In this document: in pieces, positions 57,385-64,000 of the stretch
Position numbering within the stretch: position 1 is the first letter of the stretch
Layout: every line of letters starts with the position of its first letter
DNA from: an uncultured bacterium
GTDB taxonomy: Bacteria > Acidobacteriota > Thermoanaerobaculia > Multivoradales > JAHZIX01
NCBI GenBank assembly: GCA_965368975.1
Contig: CBDUPA010000002.1
Span: forward strand, 480,001 to 544,000
Length of the DNA stretch: 64,000 bases
Direction of reading: 5' to 3'
Translations under genes and position numbers: made by a program
Notes under the pieces: model-generated
The model's input: the letters and a program-made list of their open reading frames with translations, nothing else
Database searches by the model: none
Told to the model about the DNA's origin: nothing

Positions 57385-58292
57385 AGCTCCTCCAGCGCTT
57401 GATCGAGGTCTCGCCGCGGCTGCCAGCCGAGCGCACGCAGGCGGCTGGCGTCACCCTGTAGCAGGGGGATGTCGACCGGCCGCACGCGCTCGGGATCCAC
57501 CTCGACGCGCACCTGTTGGCCGGAACGGGCGATCAGCCGATGCAGTGCTTCTTCGATCGAGACGACCTGGCCACTGGCAAGGTTGTAGACGGTTCCCGCC
57601 TCGTCCTTCTCCGGCCCTGCATCTTCGAGAAGAGTCCGGTAGCCGGCGACAGCATCCCCGACATGCAGGAAGTCCCGGCGCGCTTCCAGGTTACCGACAC
57701 GCAGCACCGGCTCCTGCTCACCACGTTCGATCGCCGCCAGCTGGCGGGTGAACGCGGGCAAGGCGAAGTGCGGACTCTGACCGGGCCCAACGGCATTGAA
57801 GCTACGCACCACGATCGCTCCCGCGGCCAGCGCCAAGCGCTCGGCTGCGGCTTTGGTGAGGGCATAGGGACTGGCCGGCGACAGCGTATGCGTCTCGGCA
57901 ATCGGTTGCTCGTCCTCGGGAACCAGACCATAGACCTCGGCGCTGGAAGCGACGATCACCCGCCGCCCGGGAACACCCGCGGCGGCGGCGGCGGCGAGCA
58001 GATGCTCGGTGCCGAGCACGTTGGCACTGAAGCACTCGGGCAGGTGGCTCCACGACGAACCGACGTGGCTCCAGCCCGCCAGGTGCACCACGGCATCGGG
58101 CGCCGCCTCGGTGAGTGCCGCGGTCAGCGAGTCGGCCTCGGTGATGTCCACCCCCCACAGCTCGGGAACGTCGTCCACCAAGTGCGGGCCAGTGCCCAGG
58201 TAGCTGCCGCACACATCGTGACCGTGCGCGACCAGCTCGCGCGTCAGGTGCCCGCCAACGAAGCCACCGATGCCGGTGACGAATACCTTCAA
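57369..58292 (-). CDS. GMD/RMD-family NDP-sugar reductase/dehydratase (extended SDR)
   Basis: GIGGFVG, SSAEVYG, YALTK, FNAVGPGQ and GNLEARRDF motifs. Confidence 0.82.
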   Translation of the reverse strand: MKVFVTGIGGFVGGHLTRELVAHGHDVCGSYLGTGPHLVDDVPELWGVDITEADSLTAALTEAAPDAVVHLAGWSHVGSSWSHLPECFSANVLGTEHLLAAAAAAGVPGRRVIVASSAEVYGLVPEDEQPIAETHTLSPASPYALTKAAAERLALAAGAIVVRSFNAVGPGQSPHFALPAFTRQLAAIERGEQEPVLRVGNLEARRDFLHVGDAVAGYRTLLEDAGPEKDEAGTVYNLASGQVVSIEEALHRLIARSGQQVRVEVDPERVRPVDIPLLQGDASRLRALGWQPRRDLDQALEELWQAR

Positions 58293-59254
58293 CTCACCCC
58301 CAGTTGCTGGCGCCAGTAGTCGAGGGTGTCGCGCAGCGTCTGGTCGAAAGGCACCTGCGGTTCCCAGCCGGTGTCGGCGCGGAACTTGGAGCTATCACCG
58401 ATCAGGATCTCGACATCGGACGGCCGCATGCGCTCTGGATCCGGCTCGACCTTGACGTCGACCTGGCTCATGGCCAGCAGGCGATCGAGCAGCTCGCGGA
58501 TAGTGATGCCGTTGCCGGTGGCGATGTTGTACACCTCACCTGGCTTGGCCTTGGTCACCGCCAGCCAGTACGCGCGCACCATGTCACGCACGTCGGTGAA
58601 GTCGCGCACAGCGTCCAGATTGCCGACGCGGATCACCGGCTCCTGGCGGCCTGCCTCGATACTGGCGATCTGCTTGGCGAAGTTGGATGTCACGAAGACA
58701 TCGCCGCGTCGCGGTCCAGTGTGGTTGAAACCGCGCGTACGGATCGCCTTGATGCCATAGCTCATGAAGTACTGGTAGCCCAGCATGTCCTGGCCCACCT
58801 TGGAGACGGCGTAGGGCGACAGCGGGCGCAACGGGTTGGTCTCCTTGATCGGCACCTCGTCCGGCAGTACCAGGCCGTACTCCTCGGAGGAACACGCGAG
58901 CTGGATCACCGGATCGATGCCGAGCGCGCGCACTGCCTCGAAGATGTTGGTCTGGCCGGTGATGTTGGTGCTCAGCGTCTCGGACGGCGCATTCCAGCTG
59001 GTAGGCACGAAACTCTGGGCCGCCAGATGGAAGATGGCTTCTGGACGGATCTCGTCGAGGAGCTTGTGCACCGAGGTGGCGTCGCGCAGGTCGCCTTCGC
59101 GCAGCTGCAGCTTGCCGTCCAGGTGCGCAATATTGTCCATGCGACTGCGCCAGCGGTAGGTGCCGAAGATTTCCACCTGCGGCTGCTCGGCGAGCAGGTA
59201 GTCGGCGAGGTGGGACCCGGCAAAGCCGGTGATACCGGTAATCAAGACTCTCAT
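58289..59254 (-). CDS. GDP-mannose 4,6-dehydratase/RMD-family protein
   Basis: GITGFAGSHL, HLAAQSFV, SSEEYG, YAVSK and FNHTGPRRG motifs; start MRVLITG at 59254. Confidence 0.85.
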   Translation of the reverse strand: MRVLITGITGFAGSHLADYLLAEQPQVEIFGTYRWRSRMDNIAHLDGKLQLREGDLRDATSVHKLLDEIRPEAIFHLAAQSFVPTSWNAPSETLSTNITGQTNIFEAVRALGIDPVIQLACSSEEYGLVLPDEVPIKETNPLRPLSPYAVSKVGQDMLGYQYFMSYGIKAIRTRGFNHTGPRRGDVFVTSNFAKQIASIEAGRQEPVIRVGNLDAVRDFTDVRDMVRAYWLAVTKAKPGEVYNIATGNGITIRELLDRLLAMSQVDVKVEPDPERMRPSDVEILIGDSSKFRADTGWEPQVPFDQTLRDTLDYWRQQLGVS

Positions 59255-60150
59255 CAAAGGTTCCTCAAGTCGTTCAAGTACGCGGCCAAGTAAGCAGCCA
59301 GCCCCGCGCTCCACGGCTCGACACGGCGGCCGAGGAGTTCCTCGCAGCGCCGCACGTCGAGTACCGAGTAGGCGGGGCGGCGGGCGGGCCGCGGGAATTC
59401 GTCGCTGGTCACCGGTTCGACGTGCACGTCCGGCTTCCAGTATTCCACGATGGCACGGGCGAAGTCGCACCAGGAAACCGCGGGGCGGTTCTGGTAGTGC
59501 AGGATACCGGTGGCGTCGGTCGTGCCCAGATCGAGCAGGGCACGGGCCAGAAACTCTGTGTACGTCGGACCCCCGACCTGGTCGTCGACGATGCGTAGGT
59601 TCTCGTGTCCTTGATCCATCAGCCGGATCATCGTGGTCACGAAGTTGGGACCGCCGGGTCCGAACAGCCAGCTGACACGCACTACCAGTGCATTGTCGTA
59701 GGCCAGGGCCAGTTCCTCGCCACGCAGCTTGCTGGCACCGTAGACGGAAACCGGGCCGGTAGGGTCGTCTTCACTGTAAGGGCGAAGCTCGTCACCGTCA
59801 CGGATTCCCTCGCCGCTGAAGACCCCATCTCCAGCAAACACATAGTCTGTCGACGGCTGCACCAGCCGTGCACCAGCCGCCCTCGCGGCCTCGACCACGT
59901 TGCCGATGGCGTCCCCGTTGATGCGCATCGCCGTGTCCTGCTCGCTCTCGCAAGCATCGACCTTGGTGAAGGCGGCGCAGTTCACGATCAGTGACGGTCG
60001 AAAGGTCTCGGCCCAGTAGCGTAGGCGCTCGGCGTCGGTAATGTCCGCCTGCTGTCGCGACAGGCCCAGCGCGGCCCAACCACGGGAACGGGCTTGCCGC
60101 ACCACGGCACCGCCGAGCATGCCCGTACCGCCGAACACCAAGACACGCAT
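59254..60150 (-). CDS. rfbD: dTDP-4-dehydrorhamnose reductase
   Basis: GGTGMLG, NCAAFTKVDACE, STDYVF, YGASK and ARRPAYSVLD motifs. Confidence 0.92.
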   Translation of the reverse strand: MRVLVFGGTGMLGGAVVRQARSRGWAALGLSRQQADITDAERLRYWAETFRPSLIVNCAAFTKVDACESEQDTAMRINGDAIGNVVEAARAAGARLVQPSTDYVFAGDGVFSGEGIRDGDELRPYSEDDPTGPVSVYGASKLRGEELALAYDNALVVRVSWLFGPGGPNFVTTMIRLMDQGHENLRIVDDQVGGPTYTEFLARALLDLGTTDATGILHYQNRPAVSWCDFARAIVEYWKPDVHVEPVTSDEFPRPARRPAYSVLDVRRCEELLGRRVEPWSAGLAAYLAAYLNDLRNL

Positions 60151-61235
60151 CAGGGAATCCCCACCTCGGAACTGTCGCCGAGCACGAAGCGGTAGGCCTT
60201 GGGCTTGGCACCCGTGCGTGCCAGGATCGAGTTGCGCCCCACCAGCGAGCCGTCAATGCGCAGGGGAATGTCCTCAATGCGGCACTCGGCCAGGATGATC
60301 GAGTTCTCGACCTCACAGCCACGCAGAATACAGCCCTCACCGATCGACGTGTAGGGACCGACGAACGCATTCTCCAGCCGACTGCCGGCACCGATCACCA
60401 CCGGGCCTCGCACCAGCGAGTTGACCAGCTCGACCCCCTCACCCAACTGCACGCGCCCTTCGACACGGCTCTCCTCGACACGACCGCCTTCAGGCATTGT
60501 TGTGCGGCGGTCGCCGTCCAGCGCGTCGAGCACGATGCGGTTGGCTTCCAGCATGTCCTCGGGCTTGCCGGTGTCCTTCCACCAGCCGCGCACGGTGTGC
60601 GGCTGCACGTCGAGGCCACGTTCGACCAGATCCTGGATGGCGTCGGTGATCTCCAGCTCGCCGCGTGGCGAGGGCTTGATCCGCTTGACCGACTCGAAGA
60701 TCGTGGCGTCGAACATGTAGACACCGACCAGTGCCAGATCGCTCTTCGGCTCCGCAGGCTTCTCGACCAGGCGCTGGATGCGGCCGTCCTCGGTCAGTTC
60801 AGCAACTCCGAACTGCCGCGGATCCGGTACGCGGGCCAGCAGGATCTCCGCATTGCAACCCAGCTCGCGAAACTCTTCGACCAGTGTGGTGATGCCGCCA
60901 GCGATCATGTTGTCGCCCAGGTACATGACAAAGGGCTCGCCAGCGATGAACTCCTCGGCGATCATCACCGCATGCGCCAGGCCGCGCGGGGCATCCTGGG
61001 GCAAGTAGGTCACCTGGGCGCCGAAGCGCGAGCCGTCACCGACCGCTTCGCGAATCTCGGGACCGGTTTCGCCAATGACAATACCGATGTCCGTGATGCC
61101 GGCCGCCACCACCGCCTCAATGGCGTAGAACAGCACCGGCTTGTTGGCCACCGGCACCAGCTGCTTGGCGGAAGTGTGGGTCAGCGGGCGCAGGCGGGTG
61201 CCCTTGCCTCCAGAGAGAATCAGTCCCTTCATCAT
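60150..61235 (-). CDS. rfbA: Glucose-1-phosphate thymidylyltransferase (long form)
   Basis: LSGGKGTRLRPLT, KQLVPVANKP, EKP, RGELEITD and WKDTG motifs; C-terminal hexapeptide repeats. Confidence 0.92.
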   Translation of the reverse strand: MMKGLILSGGKGTRLRPLTHTSAKQLVPVANKPVLFYAIEAVVAAGITDIGIVIGETGPEIREAVGDGSRFGAQVTYLPQDAPRGLAHAVMIAEEFIAGEPFVMYLGDNMIAGGITTLVEEFRELGCNAEILLARVPDPRQFGVAELTEDGRIQRLVEKPAEPKSDLALVGVYMFDATIFESVKRIKPSPRGELEITDAIQDLVERGLDVQPHTVRGWWKDTGKPEDMLEANRIVLDALDGDRRTTMPEGGRVEESRVEGRVQLGEGVELVNSLVRGPVVIGAGSRLENAFVGPYTSIGEGCILRGCEVENSIILAECRIEDIPLRIDGSLVGRNSILARTGAKPKAYRFVLGDSSEVGIP

Positions 61236-61293
61236 TCAGCTCACTTTGGGTCGGACACCAAGCGACAAGCAACGCCCCTGCACGCGAGGGGGT

Positions 61294-61332
61294 GCGCCGC
61301 CAGATGGGCTGCGCCTCCAGATGGGGTGCGCC
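61294..61332. repeat. 17-bp tandem duplication between lptD and rfbA
   Basis: gcgccgccagatgggct gcgcctccagatggggt gcgcc. Confidence 0.7.
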
Positions 61333-61368
61333 AAGGAGGCGGTGCGGTTGGCGAAGTCCGTGGTCAGA

Positions 61369-63711
61369 TCAGTTGGTCAGTTCCAGGAAGGTGCCGACGT
61401 TCTTCAGCGTCAGCGAAAAGCGGAACTCGTCTTCCAGTTCGTTGCGGTCCAGCAGCTCACGATATTCGAGCATGAAACCGTAGCACTCGCCGGTGTAGTT
61501 CAGAATGTAGCGCTGCTGCTGACGCTCGCTCTTCTCGAGATCGTAGACCAAGTCGGTCTGCAGCTTCAGGCGGCGCGGCAGCAGGTTCAGCGAGGTACCG
61601 AAGCGCAGCTGGTCAGAGTTACGCTCGCCGGTCTCGGCATTCCAGCGCGTGCGCCAGGACAGCGACACCAGGTTGTTGCCCGGCAGCCCAACGGTACCGG
61701 ACAGCGAGGTCGAGGTGATCTGGCTGAACAGCAGGCTGTAGTCGACGTCGGCGGTCAGGCTGGTGGCGTCGCTGGGGTTGAAGCGCAGGCGCGTGCGCAA
61801 CGGTCCAGCCTGGTCTTCCAACAAGCCATCGGCGCTGCGTTCGAGGGGCCGCAGATCGTCGAAGCTGTAAGCACGTGAGAGTTCCAAGGAGAGAATCTCG
61901 CGGGCGCTCGGCTCGATCACCGGCACCGGCTCGGCACCTTCTTCCGCCTCTTCCGCCCCCTCCTCCGGCATCGCTGCCGGCTTGGGTCGAGGCTTGGCAA
62001 GCAGCCGGTTGACCAGGGCGACACGGCCGATGTTGGCCTGACCGACGTTGTCGACCTCGTCGAACAGCGGCACCAGCGCGCGGTCGTCGTACTCTTCTTG
62101 GTAGGTGTAGGTGAAGCGTGGCTCGACGACATGCTTGAACTTGCTGAAGCGACCGTCCTCGGACTCGAAGATGCGCGAGAACGACGGCCCCACCAGCTCG
62201 GCCTCACCGAAGGCATAGGAGCGCGACAGAGTGTCGCCGGAGAAGCTGGCGCCGCCCGGCTCGAGGCTGTCGCCCCACCAGGTGTAGCGGCTGCCGGCGG
62301 TCATCGACAGCGACAACCACGGTGCGAGGCGTACCGGCAGCTGCAGCTGCGGGAAGAGATCGAAGCGGCCGTACTGGGCATCCAGGTTGGCGTTGCGGTC
62401 GACATCGAGCAGGGAGAGTGAACTCTCCATCTTGACGAACAGCGGCACCTTGTCGAACAGCTGGAAGGCGCGCAGCCGATACTCCAGCTCCGGTAGGCGC
62501 TGCATCACGACGTCCTGGGCGCCGGTGATGAAGGTCTTGCGACGATCGACCAGCATGTTGAACGAGTGTGGCCCCCAGTTGCCGCTCAGGTAGCCGCGCG
62601 ACTCGGTGGAACGCGTCGTACTGTTGCCGACACCGCGTTCGAACTCGCGGAACCACTCGAAGTCCGAATACTCGCGCACCGTGACGACACCGCGCAGCCC
62701 CCAGGGCAGATCGGTGGTGGAGTGGTCGAGATTGGCCTTCCAGCGCCAGTCGTCGGACTCGGGGTCGCGGATGGTGTACGCCCGCATCTCGCCCTGCGTG
62801 CCCTCGCTCGGATTCCAGCGCAGCTCGTTGCCAAGACCGTAGTAGTTCTCGCTGTAGTAGTCGGCGTGGAAGGTGGTGTCCCAGCTGCGGCCCATGGGCA
62901 GGAAATACGCTAGCCCCAGGTAGCCACCGCGACGACTCGAGTAGCCGATGTTGGGCACCAGCAGGCCACGCGAGCGTTCCGGTTTGACCGGCCACACCAT
63001 GTAGGGCAGGTAGAACACCGGCAACTTCTTGGCCCGCATGCTGGCGCCGCGGATACGCGCGTAGCCGTCGACCTCGATGTCCGCTTCCTTGACGTGGAAG
63101 CTCCAGGCCGGCGCTTCGCCTTCGCAGGAGGTGAACATACCGTTGAGTACCCGGTAGGTGTCGTCCCCGGTCTTGGTCACCTCTTCACCCTTGAAGTAGA
63201 AGTCCGGGTCGACGTAAGCGCTGGCGCTCTGCACGGTACCGGTCTTGGTCTCCAGGTCGAAGGTCAGCGAGGTACCGGACAGGCGGCGCGGTCCCTGGTC
63301 CAGGATCACGTTGCCCACCGCCGTCACTTCCTTGGTCGCCAGGTTGACGTCCACCTGATCGGCCTGCAGCTTCAAGTCCTGGTAGCGCACCTCGACGCCG
63401 CCGCGCAACACGGCGAAGTCGGCCCCCCGATAGGAAATGCTGCCGGCGGAACCAGCCGCGGAACCGCCGCCCTGCTCGGGCGGAAAGGAGAGGTCGAAGC
63501 TGACGCGGTCGCGGTCGGGGATCTCGGTTGGCGCTTCCTCTGAGGCTTCAGACACGTCTGCGGCCGGTGCTTGCTCGGGCGGTGCCGGCTCGGGCGGTGC
63601 CGCCTCGGGAGCGGGCTCTTGGCCGAGCACGGCCGGGGCGTCGAGAAACAGGCCCAGGCAGACGCCCAAGGCGAGCAGGGACCGGGTGATCTGGAATGTC
63701 GTGCAGCGCAT
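61369..63711 (-). CDS. lptD: LPS-assembly outer-membrane protein LptD
   Basis: Signal peptide; OstA-like N-domain (LQADQV, FTSC...P.W); RGLLVPNIG; HVVEP; C-terminal barrel. ATG at 63711 with GAGGAG RBS. Confidence 0.85.
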   Translation of the reverse strand: MRCTTFQITRSLLALGVCLGLFLDAPAVLGQEPAPEAAPPEPAPPEQAPAADVSEASEEAPTEIPDRDRVSFDLSFPPEQGGGSAAGSAGSISYRGADFAVLRGGVEVRYQDLKLQADQVDVNLATKEVTAVGNVILDQGPRRLSGTSLTFDLETKTGTVQSASAYVDPDFYFKGEEVTKTGDDTYRVLNGMFTSCEGEAPAWSFHVKEADIEVDGYARIRGASMRAKKLPVFYLPYMVWPVKPERSRGLLVPNIGYSSRRGGYLGLAYFLPMGRSWDTTFHADYYSENYYGLGNELRWNPSEGTQGEMRAYTIRDPESDDWRWKANLDHSTTDLPWGLRGVVTVREYSDFEWFREFERGVGNSTTRSTESRGYLSGNWGPHSFNMLVDRRKTFITGAQDVVMQRLPELEYRLRAFQLFDKVPLFVKMESSLSLLDVDRNANLDAQYGRFDLFPQLQLPVRLAPWLSLSMTAGSRYTWWGDSLEPGGASFSGDTLSRSYAFGEAELVGPSFSRIFESEDGRFSKFKHVVEPRFTYTYQEEYDDRALVPLFDEVDNVGQANIGRVALVNRLLAKPRPKPAAMPEEGAEEAEEGAEPVPVIEPSAREILSLELSRAYSFDDLRPLERSADGLLEDQAGPLRTRLRFNPSDATSLTADVDYSLLFSQITSTSLSGTVGLPGNNLVSLSWRTRWNAETGERNSDQLRFGTSLNLLPRRLKLQTDLVYDLEKSERQQQRYILNYTGECYGFMLEYRELLDRNELEDEFRFSLTLKNVGTFLELTN

Positions 63712-63788
63712 GCCGCTCCTCACGGTTCGCTCCCCGGCGGGGAGATCAGGGTTTTGAACTGCCGTGATGCTACCACCGGGGCGGGTGC

Positions 63789-64000
63789 TCAGGACATGCG
63801 TTCGACGATGATCGAGGTCGCTTCACCACCACCGAGGCAGATCGCGGCGAGACCGCGCTGGGCGTCGCGCTGCTGCAGCGCGTGCAACAGGGTCACCACG
63901 ATGCGCGCACCGGAAGCACCGATCGGATGCCCGAGAGCTACGGCACCGCCATTGACGTTGACGCGCTCGGCGTCCAGACCCAGTTCGCGAATGAACACCA
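63789..64000 (-). CDS. Acetyl-CoA acyltransferase (thiolase), 3' part only
   Basis: [20 protein letters not shown] and AAICLGGG motifs. Confidence 0.93.
   Translation of the reverse strand, partial: VFIRELGLDAERVNVNGGAVALGHPIGASGARIVVTLLHALQQRDAQRGLAAICLGGGEATSIIVERMS

Overview
High-GC bacterial chromosomal window. Gene content and style suggest Acidobacteriota, possibly Thermoanaerobaculia; this is inference only. From left to right it contains: tyrosine catabolism (hppD, partial hmgA); an orphan wzm/wzt pair; an orphan LivK-like lipoprotein; a MacAB-type exporter; queD; an acyl-CoA ligase; an EVE-domain gene; and a complete Rrf2-sufBCDSU-sufT operon with a consensus sigma70 promoter and a palindromic operator. 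An accessory block follows (20.1-30.9 kb): DUF429, an orphan secreted Cys/Trp-rich protein, a SAM methyltransferase, a stand-alone LLM-C-A-PCP NRPS and an Mrr-like nuclease-NB-ARC-TPR (NLR-type) protein. Next come dusB, a probable N-methyl-bacillithiol operon (nmbA-like, bshC, bshB1, bshA), yigZ, yidD, murI, rph, a TonB-dependent receptor, an argE-hutF-fadE-dinB run and a PAS/GAF/GGDEF/EAL protein. The most notable part is a minus-strand run: nucleotide-sugar genes are translationally coupled to a fused prenol-kinase/DUF92 protein and a UbiA prenyltransferase, followed by an ICMT-like methyltransferase, ACP, FAAL and a flavin oxidoreductase. That last cassette normally accompanies a type III PKS, which is absent here. 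lptD and a partial thiolase close the window. Non-coding signals include two REP-like palindrome families, a candidate CUCC-rich small RNA, repeated leaderless-promoter signatures and many short tandem micro-duplications. No tRNA, rRNA, CRISPR array, integrase or transposase was recognised. All assignments come from motif recognition by eye; no searches were run.
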